Assembly: GCF_052425735.1 (NCBI RefSeq)
Contig: NC_135764.1
Span: 32,922,001 to 32,986,000, forward strand
Reading direction: 5' to 3'
Source: Oculina patagonica
Lineage: Eukaryota
DNA: 64,000 nucleotides
Shown: piece after piece, positions 48,542-61,868 of the stretch
How positions within the stretch are numbered: the first letter of the stretch is position 1
Layout: each line of letters opens with the position of its first letter
Translations under genes and position numbers: made by a program
The notes under the pieces: model-generated
Told to the model about the DNA's origin: nothing
The model's database searches: none
The model's input: the letters and a program-made list of their open reading frames with translations, nothing else

Positions 48542-49128
48542 CTTTGCACCGTAAGCTTTTTTCTCTGTCCTTCCGCCGAAGCAAAAAAACACAACCTGAT
48601 TACACATTAACCCAAAAGTCGACCAAGTGTGCCTGCAACGATTTCCTGTCAAAACTAAAATGAAAACCATTGCGGTATGCGTCACCCGTAGCGGTTTTGT
48701 AGCAACCCCGAGCTATCCCCGTCTTTTTGGCCGCGCCAGGAGACTACGCTCTAGGACGACCAAAGGGTAAACCTTAAATCGGCCACGCCCGATTAAAAAG
48801 CTGTATCCTGTTTAGGCTTGTTAATAAATTATTATTTTTCTGCCTGATGACGCTGCTCATAAAAACGCCTCTTAAGCTTCCTGGTTTCTGCTTAGACAGA
48901 TATTTTCCTCAATGCAGCTCCTATATATCCAAGCTTACTTGAAATGGCCATGACATCTCTGTGATCACGTGATTAGATTTTACTCCCCACGACGTCACAC
49001 AAACAGATTTTAGGCGCGGTTGCTCAGTGTCATAGGGTGTTGAACTCGCAGAGGAAGGAAAGGTGCTTGTAGATCGGTGTATATTCTTGAAGATTTAGAC
49101 GAATTTAGGCGGCAAAAAGATTGCCAAG

Positions 49129-49953
49129 ATGTCGAATGCTAAGGAGAAGCAATTGGGCTTGCATAAAGTTATTATGGTGGGAAGTGGTGGGGTTGGAAAA
49201 TCAGCCTTGACTTTACAGTTCATGTATGACGAGGTGGGTATGAAACACCACTTAGAGAAAACCGTTTTTACTCAAACTCGGCTTTGGTAGTTCAGCTTAA
49301 TACGGTTAGCATAAAATGCTAGGTTGTAACAAGAAATAGTGATCCTGTAAAAATTTTAAATTATCAGCGTTTTTAGAGAGTTGTGCTGGTTGCTATCACA
49401 TATATGCCATGTTTGTTGATAAACTTACTGAAGTGTTTGATTTTGTCGTTGTTGATTCCAGTTTGTAGAAGACTATGAGCCCACAAAAGCAGATAGTTAT
49501 CGAAAGAAGGTTGTTCTAGACGGTGAAGAGTGCCAGATTGATATTTTGGACACGGCTGGGCAAGAAGATTACGCAGCGATACGCGACAATTATTTCCGAA
49601 GCGGCGAGGGATTTCTTTGTGTGTTCTCGATCACTGAACCGGAGTCATTTGAAGCCACATCGGAATTTAGAGAGCAGATCCTGCGAGTGAAAGGAGACGA
49701 TGAAAATATTCCTTTCTTACTGGTTGGAAACAAGGCTGATTTAGAAGACAAACGTCAAGTTACAGCGGACGAAGCTCAAGCAAAAGCAAAGGAATGGAAC
49801 GTAGATTGTGTCGAAACGTCAGCGAAAACCAAAGCGAACGTTGACAAAGTCTTCTTTGATCTGATGAGGGAAATAAAATTGCGGAAAGAAGATGGTTTAA
49901 AACCGGTAAAGCAAAAAACTGGAAAGAAGAAAAAGAAGTGTGTAATTTTGTAG
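49129..49953 (+). CDS. RALA: Ras-like GTPase Ral. Exons: 49129-49233, 49462-49953
   Basis: [72 protein letters not shown], a polybasic tail and CAAX CVIL. Confidence 0.97.
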
Positions 49954-50977
49954 ATTTGTGTCTGAGTGACGTGAATTTGTGTCTCTACATGTATGATTTA
50001 AAATGTTGCGGAAATGTTTTTGGACTATGCTTAAGTGATTTACCATTTTAAGCTAGCCAGGTTTAAGCTTATGTACAAATTTCAAGCATGTTCAAAGAGA
50101 TATTTTTAGTTTTCTGTAGTAAATTGAAAACATTAAACCATGTAAATTTAATTAGATTTATTTGGAAAATATTTTTCCTTGAATTCCCAAGAGTGATCTC
50201 TTGTTTTGATCTATCATCATGTTCTCATAACTAACCTCAGTGAAATGAATGTGAATCACAGAGGAGAATTTACATAATGGGCTTGGGAGTTAAAGGATTA
50301 CTCCTGGTGTATTGAAAGTGTTTATAAATAACAGTGACATTGTAAATATTAATCAGTGAACTTGAATTTCAAAGGTTTATTGTCCAAGGCCTTTCATTTA
50401 CTCATAGAATCTGCTATGGGTGCAAATAGTTAAATGCGACATTTTAGTTTTTTTAACCTCAGTGAGTTTGAGCACTTTATTTCAGTTAACATCTTGTTGA
50501 AATAAACCAATAATGTTATTATCACAAAGTGGTGGGTTACTTGTTTCTTTGAAGTTACAAGTCTAGTCTTTCCTCAGAGGGGGGAGGGGGGGGGGTTAGG
50601 GCAGCATCATGCATGCTTGAAATCTGCTGAGCTCTCCATTGTTACATTTTGTCATTGTTTGATGAATAAGTCAGGCCTGTTTTCACAAAATTTGCATGCC
50701 CCACACTTTTCTTTTGTGCCAAACGTTGTTCAAAATACAGTAGAACCCTTTAGGGGAAATGAAAGTGGCCACTTATTACTTTGTGATTGGGGCTCATCAG
50801 AATTAGTGTAAGGCCTTTTAGAAGCATCACGTTATTTCATTGCAAAATAGCTTGGAAAGGAATCAAGGAATCACATGAAGATGACAATAAACTTGTGTTT
50901 TTGATTTTTATCATTTGTCACCTTCTCTTTTAGACTCGTCAGGAAAGAGCTTGTTAAAAACAAAGCCAAACTTTGTA

Positions 50978-51775
50978 TACAGTAGAACCCTGGTAACTCG
51001 AACTCTGAATTAAAACGAAAACCAGTTCGAGTTAAAGGGGTTTCGAGTTACCAGGGTCGATAATTTTGAATATTTAATTTGCCAAGTTAATAATTGATAG
51101 TTTACTGATTTTTCAGCACTTCAGTATACAGTACAGTGCAAATTAAACTTACGGTATCTCGTCAGAAACTCTAACACTATCATAAATTCTTATAAGAGGG
51201 AAAAATTGTTGTCAAATATGTGATCTGTTCAACTTCATTACTCTAATAAATGGGCATCCATGATGAGTTGCAAATTATACCGTAAAATTCCGGTTATAAG
51301 CCCTGGGCTTATACAACTTCATAAGGGTTTTTGGGTAGGGCTTGTAAGCAGATTAAAAAAAAATGTACCGAAATGTGCCACAGGTGTGTTGATCGAAATA
51401 CGGTACATTTTTAAGTTAAAACGCATAATAAAGCAACATTTAGCCCTGTTCAGTACTGTCATCTGACAGAGGGGGGCTTATATCCGGGGGAGCTTATAAT
51501 CAGATGAATTTTTTTGATTCCAGGTAGATGGGCCTATAACCGGGGGGTGGCTTATTAGCGGGGGGGGGGGGGAACTGGAATTCAAGTTGTTAGGGTAAAT
51601 TTGACTCAAAATTCTGATCAAGAGAAACGGAATTTAGTTAGAGTTAGCGGGGTTTTCAAGTTATCCGAGGTCAAGTATGACTGAACAATTGGGTCAAATC
51701 CAAAGAAAATGGAAGTTAGTTCGAGTTAGCAGGTCGTTCGAGTTATCTGAATTTGAGTTACTGGGGCTCCACTGT
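50978..51775. mobile_element. Tc1/mariner-type MITE with a nested second MITE fragment (~51278-51570)
   Basis: TACAGTAGAACCC.GGTAACTCGAA / TTGAGTTACTGGGGCTCCACTGTA, with an internal TACCGTAAAATTCC..ATAAGCCC. Confidence 0.65.
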
Positions 51776-52417
51776 ATTTTATTCTAGCACGAAAAACCCT
51801 CATTGGGATTGCTAAAGGGAGTGACTGCTTAAATGATGGTCGCTTTATTGGGTTTTTTAAGGGTTAGCGGGGGGGGGGGGGTGCTTATAACAGGGGTTCA
51901 ACTGTATTTATTACCAAAAATTGCATATTTCAGAACTTTTTCACGGACACTCAATGAACTAGGAAGGAAGATGCACTAGTCATTTCTATCCTTACCCCTC
52001 ACCCAACAGTGTCAGAAATACACACACACACTCACTCCAGTGCAAGGAATAATACAACAGTTCTCTTGAACCATCAAAAAGTTTATTTTTATACAAAATT
52101 CATTCCAGAAGATTATGTTACAAATGGAAAGTTTTGCCTGAATAAGATGTACTATGCAATTTCTTGACGTTTTTAATGTCTTAGTTTTGTTTTCTGTTTA
52201 TGAGTTGTGTTCAAAAGATGTTTGACAAATCAATCTTGCCCTTATGGGAATTAATAACCTGCGATCAGGCATTCTTTTTTGACCCTCCCGCTGCGAGAAA
52301 AAAGAACGCCTGATGACCCTCCAGCCACAAGAAAAATAATGCCTGATCGCAGGTTAGGGAATAAAAGAGATCAACAGCCTTAAGCAAGCCTGAATTTCAG
52401 CTTTCTTTGACGAGTAC

Positions 52418-52756
52418 CCCAGGGGGAGTACTCCGGAATCCAAGTGACGGGATTTGGGAAGGATTTTTTTGGGGTGGAAATTTTCGATTCCGGGATTTTT
52501 TTGGGTAGGAGAATTTGGCAGGTATTTTTTGGGTGACTTGATTTAAATAGGGTATTTTTTTGGGTATTAAAATCAAACTAAAGTGCCTTGGCAATTGAGG
52601 GGTAATTTGACTAGGGATTTTTTTGGGCGTTTTTTTTGGTCCAGGGATTTTTTTGGGTAATGTCGGGAGACTTAGGGATTTTTTTGGGTCCTGAGTTTTG
52701 CCTCCATTCGATCATCCCCGTCACTTTGATCCCGGAGTACCCCCCCCCCCCCTGGG
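52418..52756. mobile_element. hAT-type MITE with an 8-bp TSD
   Basis: ACGAGTAC is duplicated at 52410-52417 and 52757-52764. TIRs are CCCAGGGGG / CCCCCTGGG. Confidence 0.85.
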
Positions 52757-53133
52757 ACGAGTACGCGACTGGAGGAGACAGAGGAAATTTAGGCTGAAGT
52801 TCAAGAACTTAACAAATGAAATTTCTTTTGCAAGAGTAAAACGTCATCAAATCAACCAAGTTATCATGATTGCTGCACACTGATAACTTTGAAAAACTTG
52901 TTTGCCTTGTTAGAAACATTTCATATTGGCTAGAAAAAGATAATTTTCCTTGGGGCAAAATTATCGCTACTAATCTCTTAAAAATAAAATTAAAGTACCG
53001 GTATGTACAAGTCTTTTGTTGGGTGAAATTAATTTGTTGACTATCTCTTGTTACTAGTAATGTAGTGACATACTTTTGGTCATTGCTTACAAAAGAACTT
53101 GCTGTTTTTTGCAAGTCCCTTGGTACATGTTCA

Positions 53134-56100
53134 TTACCACCTTGGGTAAGATTCTGTGCCACGTTGCGGGCTCGATCTTCTGTTTTCTGCAGCAACAGGA
53201 TAGCGATCATACTGTGAGTCACTATAATCAAACACTTCACGCTTTTGAGAAAAACCCTCTGGATAACGCTCCCTATAAAGATATGAAGCTGATTCTTCCC
53301 TGTATCTTGATGACATTTCATTGTACTCTTTGTTACTGCTTCCTTCCGTGTAACTGTAATGTCTATACTGATCAGAATATGAACGCTGCTTCCCTTGATC
53401 TGTAGGTGGTGACAACTGTTCATAGTGCACACTAGATTGCGAGTACCTGTCTCTTCCTCTGCTATCAGTTTCCTCCCTGGAATATGGATGCGAATAATCA
53501 TCCCGAGAGGCCTCATAAGAGTTCTTGCTAGAGCCTTCTGGATAGTCTCTTCGTTCATCATGTTGATAATACGAATCCTCTAAGTACGTGGCCTTAGGGT
53601 TCTCTCCAGTATATGAATACTGGGTTGATTGTTCTCTGTCGTAGAAGGAATGACTGTCTTTAGAAGCATAAGCATTAGCTGCTGCTGTATCTTCTGTTTC
53701 CATCTCAACTGTCTCAATGCTTTGTCTACGCAGAAATGTTGATGCTTCAAGAGGCGCTAATGAGCTCTCTGTCTGCTCTCCTGTTGCCGGCAGTACAGGG
53801 AGGTTGTCTGAAGGTTCCAAATTGTCAGCTACAGATTCTCTTCTTGTTTGTTTAGCTGAGCCACCATCCTCGGCAACTTTCCCTTCTCCTTTGCGCCTGC
53901 GTTTCTTGCACCACATTTCATGACAGTCCTGCCATGTTGGTAAGCTGAATAAACCATTGATACAAGTAAATTATTAATGTTTTGCATAAGAAACAAGTTT
54001 AAAAAAAACCCTGTAATAAGGTGTGCTCTAAAAGCTGTACTTTTATAACTTGATACAAACACAGAACTAACATAAGCTGCTGATGTAATGATGGCACAAA
54101 CAAAGACAATTTTCATTTTGTGGTCAAAATAAATGAGTGATTAAATCTTTTCTTTTTCTTGCAGTGTTATTGAAACAGTTGTGAAAGCCTAAGAGGATTG
54201 AAATTAGCTGTGGCAGGGATGTAGCTAAGAAAACATAAAGCCCGCTCATTAACAAGCCCAGAAGGCTTTTCTGGTCTTAACAGCTCTAAAAGTTGACCTA
54301 AGTCTTTGTTTTCATGTCTAATTTCTGCCAGATTTAAGTTCTCTTTCAGCTCTTATAATTAGCCGGCAGCCAGCCCTTAGCGACATCCCTGTTGTAGAAA
54401 CATTAGCCTGTGGTTTGAGTTCCCTCAGCATTTCTTGTTCTTCAGAACATCCACTTGTGTTTCGACAGAAAGTGGAAAATACTTTTTTCCCCTTAATTTT
54501 TTAATTCAAAGCTTGAATGTTCAACTGATTAATGTTGGCCTAAACCTTCAGTGGATTTATTTTACACATATCAAGATCATTGTGTAATGCAATAAATATT
54601 ATTGTAGTGTGTGTTGTAAGCAGTTTCTGGAGTGCTTCAGTTATTTTGGCTGTGAACTTGCTTTTTTACCACCATTTGTGAAGGAAAGAACAGTTTGGCA
54701 ACTTTTGACAACATCTAAAATAAAGAAACATCCCTACTGTCGACCTAATGTAACATCTTGCCAAAAGCCAACAAGGACAATGGCAAGACACTGCATGCTT
54801 GTTTGGTAAGAAATAAGTGTTTACCTTGGAGGGCTTATGTTCTCACAGACAATGTCCTTCAGAAATGGATGTTGTAGTGACTCTTCTGCCGTAATTCGTT
54901 TTGAAGGGTCCAACGTTAGCATACGATCAAACAGATCCAGTGCATCAGCTGGCATACTTAGGAAGAAATAAAAACAAAACTTGTCAGTCAACTTAATTTC
55001 TATTAAACTCTAAACTCCACCGTTATTTTTATCTACTTGATAATGGAGTCAAGATGACTTCGAAACATTGTGGCCTAATTTTGCTAATTTTATAGTAAAC
55101 TTCATTCTGTCAAATATTGGAGAACAAGGAGCATGACATGAAAATACTGCTCAATTGTTCTTGTTTGAATGTTCTATGGTTTCACCCAAAGATAAAGCTG
55201 CTTTATAACTCACGGTCTTTCTCTGGAAGTAAAAGGAGCAATTATTAAGTGTGTTTTAATCCTAGTAGCTCCACCAGGAAGCACAAAATTCCAGTTTCCT
55301 TGATGTGAGCTACCAGGAATATTTCTGCTCTCCCTGCATGGGTTTCTGCAGCTGTAGTCCTGCTGCAACAATTTTCTACATAAGTACTCATTAATTATTT
55401 TATACACTTGTAAGGAGAATGGGAGATGTTCATGTACTGTACAAAGTAACAAATTTATTTTTAGGGACGACTTGATAAGAAGTCAACAAGTGCAGTAGCC
55501 AGACCTCTGGAGGCAAAATCTACATGTACAGCTGTAACACCTAAACCATTAAGAATTGATGTTCTTTTTATGTACTTACAAGGAAAACTCATCTTTCAGT
55601 CGTCTCCTGTACTGTTTCTTGGGTTTGATTGTGTGAAAGTGGGGCAGGTGGATAACATCTGGCCATACTGCAGGCATGGGAGTCCCACAGATACGACTAT
55701 GGAGAAAAAAATAAGCAAACGCCATTATGGCATAACAATAATAATAGTAACCATAAAATGCATGTACATTTGACACTAGTGGCAACACACAGGGTGTTTT
55801 TTTTTCCCAAAGATACAAAGGAGTGACATTCATGTGTCCCTATCTCCTGCGTAGATTCGGCTGTACAGCACTTTCTTACATCCTATTTACTCACCCTCGG
55901 ATTTGAAGAATAGCTTTATATAGCTAATTTTTCCAAACATTTCAACAGTATGAACAGTACAATGGGCAAAGACCAGACTACAACACCGGGAACTCCATGC
56001 CCTACTCCTTACAATAAGTATGTGGGTTCTTTCCCGGGGGGAGGCACCCGGTATATTTTTGGGTAGGGGTGTGCCGCTGGGAATTTGAAGCGCTTACCCT

Positions 56101-59100
56101 ATACCAGACCATGTTCAGCTGATTTTTGCAACCCTATACTAGACTAGACACTGAAAATCCCTACCCTATCCCAGACTTGCATTTTGTTAGAACTGTATCA
56201 TTATCAGTGTTTTAATGGAAAACCATCTGTGAACAACGATGCCGCGATGATTTTCATTTACGTTAAGGAAAGCCTCTTTCTCTTCCGAGTTTCTGGACTA
56301 TATTCATCATACCATCGATCCGTTTCCCGGCAAATGCTACCCTTTTCTAGACTAAATCTCTCTGATTTCTATACCCTATCCCAGACTAAACTGCTTGAAA
56401 ACCATATCCTTCACAGCGGCACATACCTATATAGCTCATGTATGGGAGTGCCCCCCGGGGGTTCTTTTACGTCCCCTGCTGACTGTGACACTGAAGATGC
56501 AGGAGACGGGGCCTCGGTTTATCATCCATATCAGAGAAGACTAGAATATCTAACCATTTCCAGATGTCATTGCAAAGGCAGTATATTTTCCTCAGTTATT
56601 TTAAGACCCTGAGCAATGGTCCGCTCATGGACTCAAACCCCAGACCTCCCGCACGGTAATCTGGCACTCTATCAACTGAGCTAACCAGTCGATGGTTAAA
56701 GGATTCAGGATTCATACTCCAAAATAGCTACCTTGTTATATTTTTGTTTTACTTGATCTAGCTATAGGCTTGTCCTTCTCACCTGATGAGTTCAAGCTGT
56801 CCTATCTCCTGCAAGGCTGGAAATATTGGTTTCTTGGTGAATAATTCTCCAAGGATACACCTAAGAAAAGAAACAATATCAGTGTGGCAGAAAGCACTTG
56901 AGTGCATCAACACCTGAAACAGTATACATAATACATAATACATAATACTTTAAGAGGAGGCCTCCAATCACCTAAGGGTGGTTTTCAGGAGGGTCCCCTG
57001 AGAAAATAAATGTTAAACCTTAAAATACATTAAAATCTAAAATGCAATAAAAAGACAAAACCTATGCGGTAAGCTAACTAAGAATAAAAACTAGAACAAG
57101 AATGTAAAGGACTGGTTGCAAAATGAAGACATTTCTGCCTTAGCTCTGAAGATAACAGGTTCTGAGTAGCTACCTGCACCAGATGAGTGTTTCTTAAAAC
57201 TAACCTAGCCCAGTTGATTGGCAATCAAGTCAACAAAATACTTATTGGACAAAATGCTGAGTTTTAGTTTTCAATTTCTTGTAATAGATAATGAAGCTTA
57301 AATGAAATATATGTAACTGACATAATACAATAATTTGTTGTTTAGCCAAACTCATCTAACAACCCAATCAGAGTGCACTAGTCAGATATAATCAGTATTT
57401 ACCCCACACTCCAGATGTCAATACCAGGTCCATAGCGTTCCTCTCCCAGCAGTAGTTCTGGTGGTCTGTACCACAGTGTGATAACTTTATTTGTGTATGG
57501 CCTCCTAAAATCAAGCATTATAAAATTAAATACAGTAAAAGCTATTGTTCAGTGATGTCATTAAAGCCTCATTTTGTTTTAAAAGCCCTTGTTCCCCATA
57601 TAAAAGAAGTATAAATTATTTAAGCAAGCTCTAACTCTACTCAGACCCATCCTGATTAGTGGTGACCACTCTATAACTTTAGGCACTTTTCTGTGTTAGC
57701 AAGTTTGTTCTTGGAGTTAAAATCCAATCTTGAGTCTATATGTATTTTGAGCAATAAATATTTGTCTACCATGCGGCAATTGTTAGCCATACTGTATCAC
57801 GCAACATCTGTTCTGACTAAAAAATGGATGAACCTAATGAATAACATTATTGTGTATACCGGTACATGTACATATGTGTGTAATTCATTGGGGTATACTT
57901 TAAAAATGACCACACCTTTCATCTGCCTCGTACAATCTTGCCAATCCAAAATCTGCCAGTTTTATTTCTCCTCTACAAAAATAAATAAATAAATAAATTA
58001 AAATCAAAATCAAAGTATACACTGTATCTTATAAGGCCACTGTGTTAAAAAATTTCCACTTGCCTTTCCCTCTGTTTAATCATGGTAATATTAAAAGTGA
58101 CTCCCTTGTAAAAACCAACCGGGATCTTGCCGGAATCCTGGTGGGACGGGACCGGGATCCAGCCGGGATTATGGCGGGAAATTCTACCCAGGCGGGAACC
58201 CGGCGGGAAGTCTGCTATCCTGCCGGGATCACGGTTTTGGCAAAATCTTGGCGGGATCCGTCTCTTTTTACAGGGGCTTGTTTTGGAAAACCCCAATTTT
58301 TTTGAAATTAAAGTTAGAATAAATTCAAATTAAGTCTGCTGTTATTATTGCTTGGCCTTCTAAAATCTTGACAATCAGTTTTAACAAGAATACATACTTG
58401 TTACTGAGTAAAATATTGGAGCACTTGATATCCCTGTGAAGGAAATTCTTGCGATGACAGTAGTTAAGACCATCCAAGAGCTGTTTTGTGAAGGACTTGA
58501 TGTGGTCTTCAGTGAAATGAACCAAACCAGATTCCAGTACACCCATAAGATCATGATCCAAGTACTCAAACACAAGATAAAACCCTCCTGCAATAGACCA
58601 AAAAAAGTTCTTAAATTTGCAGACAAAAGTTAGCTACAGTGTAGATCTACCCTTTCTAAAGTACAATTCTCTTTAAATACTAATATTTGGTGAGTACAGT
58701 ACATGCACATCAAGGAAATATTCCATAGATAAGGATAATATTAGACAGTCTGATTTTACTTTAAAACTGTTTTTTTTTATATATTTTGTAACATGTTACT
58801 GTAAACTGTGTAGTCTAACACTTTTTTCTGGCTGAAATTAACATTTTTGACTAAACAGCAAGTCCTTTGTTTTCTACATTTTAGTGAAACCACTAAAAAA
58901 TTCCTTCCCAATTACATTGATCACAATAAAATTATTAAACAAAATAAACTTTTACATGTATACATGTGCTAAAATTATATATTAAAAATATAACTGACCT
59001 TTGTCCTTCCTGAAATCCAGAGCATTAGGTTTGTCTGTCACAATCTCTTTTAAGTTAACAATGTTGGGGTGATTTAGCTGCCGAAGAATTTTGATTTCCC

Positions 59101-61601
59101 TCACTGCTGTAATAGGGAAGCCTTCCTTCTCATTGTCAGTTCGTACTTTTTTCAAAGCAACTAGCTCCCCTGGTAAAGGAATATGAAAATTAATAAAAAC
59201 CCTATGCAAGAAAGGAAATCACTGTCTGTGATGATCAATGTACATGTACATGTAAGTTGAACAATATCACTTAAATTGACAAGAAGTGATACAAAACAAA
59301 TCAGGAAAACAATCAAGAGATGAGAACCAAGCAAACTAGAGGAAGTTTGTATTTTTGATCTCTTTATCTTGCAATATAAATAACCTGGATTTTGCAATGT
59401 ACTATTTTAATTTATTTGTAATTAAACTGTTTGCATGAAGTATGTTGTGTTCTTTCTCACGTGGAAAGAGATTCCACTTTTCAGGGCATTCAACAAAATA
59501 TTTTTCTTCAATTTATTGAAAAGTCTTGAAAATTACTAGTGCACAGGGTGCAAACAAAATACATTTTCCAGGTTGCCCTTCGGGCAAGTTGGCGACATTG
59601 TGTGCTAGCCCGTCTTAAGCCTTTCTTGCTGGCCTTACTTCATCTGCAAACAGAAAAATCCAAAAAAGTAACTTGCCCATTGGGCAAGTCAATGAAAAAG
59701 TCCACTAGCCTGACAGGAAAGTTTACTAGCCCCGGGCAATCGGGAAGGACTTTCTTTGCATGCTGGCTGCATTATACATGGTGAATACAATACTATCAAC
59801 ACACACATGTCATACCTGTTATCTTGTCCTTAGCTTTGTACACTTGTCCATATGTCCCCTCTCCCACTTGGTCAATAATTTGAAACATGTCCACACATCT
59901 CTCCCCCCACTCACTTTCTGCTGGTGTCTTTGGTGTGGTGTCTGGCGTCGACAGTGGTGTTCCACTTTGACTGCTTGGGCCAGAGATTGACGGTATACCA
60001 GAGCCATTAGCATCCTTTAGAGGTCGTAATACAGGAAGGGACTGTTGGTCTGACTTGGGGGATTCAGGAGGTTTTCCATCTGGAGAGCGTGGTGAGTAGG
60101 AAGTAGGAGATTCACCTGGGGTACCAGGAAGTTCCGGTGGTAAAGGTAACGGTGGTAATGTTGGCGCAGGAGGTGGTGGCGGTTTTTCCTCATCTGGAGG
60201 TAATGGAGGAGGTTCCTCACTTGGGAGGGGTGGTGGTACAGGTTCATTCAAAGGAGGAAGAGGAAGTGCTGGCATTGATTTACTTTGATTTACTTTTTTG
60301 GTCTCTTGAGTTTCGGTTTTAACTCCAGATGAATTCAAAACTCCCTTTGTAGGTCCATTTGCTGGTGAAGCCTTTGCATTAGGTTCTAAACTTTGCTTTG
60401 TTGGCTTGCCGACAGCATCCTTCATTAAATTCTTTTTAACACCATCCACAGTTTCAATCCTGTTTTTACCCTTAAACGAAGTTTCCTCTGTAGTGGATAG
60501 TTTCTCTTTAGAGTCTCTATTTGCAGACTTGGTTTCCATTTGCCTTGTATCATTTCTTGACAAATTTGATCTTTGCCATGACGAATTCTTGTTACCAGAT
60601 TTGTATCCCGATTGAGGTACATTTGGGCTATGTGGTGTTCCCCTATGTGGGGACCTCTTTGGAGGTGAGCGACTTCGATTGTTTGTCCTAACTGGCTGAA
60701 GTGGTGACAAAGACCTACTACGTGCCCTACTTCCTTGGTTTTTCCTATTCCTTTGTCCAGAATTCCTAAATGAAGGTGAGGGTGAGTGACGCCCATAAGG
60801 TGAAGGGGACCGTCTCCTGCCACTGTACGATGTAAAGGGCCTGCTGCGACCATAGGGTGAGAAGCGTCCTACCGGCGATCGATAAGGAGATCTCTCCTGA
60901 GACCTATAAGTTCTCATGGGTGACCTCCCTCTTGATTTGTAAGAAGGTGATGGTGATCTTGACTTGTGGTTATAAGGAGATCTTGACCAGGCTTTCATCA
61001 TGGGAGACTTGCTTTTAAAAGGAGACTTGCTTTTAAAAGGAGACCTTCCTCTACTGTAAGGAGACCTCTTTGGACTCATACTCGGTGACTTTGGTCTGTA
61101 AGCTATTGGAACACGAGGTGGTGACTCGGAGCCTCGCTTCTTTGTTACAGAACGCGAGTATTGCTGGTACGTGTCCTTGCTCGGTGGCAGCTTTGGAGAT
61201 GGCGACCTCACATCTTTCCATTTCGATCTCGACACTGGCGATGTAGCTTCCTCTGATGGATGTGGAAGATGCATGGGCGACTTGCCTCGTTTCTTGCCCT
61301 TTTTGCTTGATCCTTGCATTGAATTATCCTTTTTTGACTTCTTTCTCTTTACATTAGTCTTTGATTTTTTCGACGCTACGGGCGAGGGGCTCCGTGAGAT
61401 CGAGCTGTACTTTTGAACAGGCAACTGTTCGGTTTCTTCCGAAGCTGAGGAAATATCTTCATATTGTCCCTTTAGCTTTTCAGCCGAAGCATCAGGTTTG
61501 GGACGTTTTTTATGTCTCTTTTGTTTATGGGATGACTTTTTGCTTTTGCTATGGTTTCGAGCAGAAGGGCTCGATTCCTTTTGATTTCGGGAACTGGGCA
61601 T
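53134..61601 (-). CDS. CDK12: Cyclin-dependent kinase 12/13 (RS-domain CTD kinase), multi-exon; large first coding exon 61601-59816
   Basis: RS/SP-rich N-terminus, a Pro-rich region, [76 protein letters not shown] and [16 protein letters not shown]. Confidence 0.95.
55965..56692 (-). mobile_element. tRNA-derived SINE split by an hAT-type MITE (56033-56459; 8-bp TSD GGTTCTTT)
   Basis: The minus-strand head is GGTTAGCTCAGTTGATAGAG..GGTTTGAGTCC. The insert CCCGGGGG...CCCCCGGG is flanked by GGTTCTTT at 56025-56032 and 56460-56467. A related SINE fragment lies at ~62290-62450. Confidence 0.8.
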
Positions 61602-61868
61602 CTTGATGTTAAATTTTGGCTGAAATGTCACTACATTTTTCACTTCATTGAGAACTAAACCCGTAAAATAAAAGATAAATAAATTGGGATAAAGAGCTTT
61701 TATGAGAAACGCATTTTCATGGTGCAGGAAACAAGATGAAAGTGGATTTTCCAATGATGTTTTGCTCTGGCACCGGCGCCATTTTGGATTGTACAGGCAT
61801 TTGGCGCAAATTGTTATGCGCATGTGTCTTGCATAAATTATGCCAATTCGGCATACTAATTTTCCAAT
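61602..61868. promoter_or_regulatory. Bidirectional promoter between CDK12 and YAE1
   Basis: Divergent ATGs about 270 bp apart, with YY1-like CGCCATTTT (~61778), TGCGCATG and AATATGGCGG. Confidence 0.65.

Noticed and set aside
48844-48870. Other CTGATGA sites as hammerheads (also ~3601, 10414, 10734, 50794, 52310, 56783)
   Set aside because: None has a stem II followed by GAAA and a closing stem I.
52809-53561. 250-aa ORF
   Set aside because: It is an alternative frame overlapping the CDK12 last exon and has no recognisable motifs.
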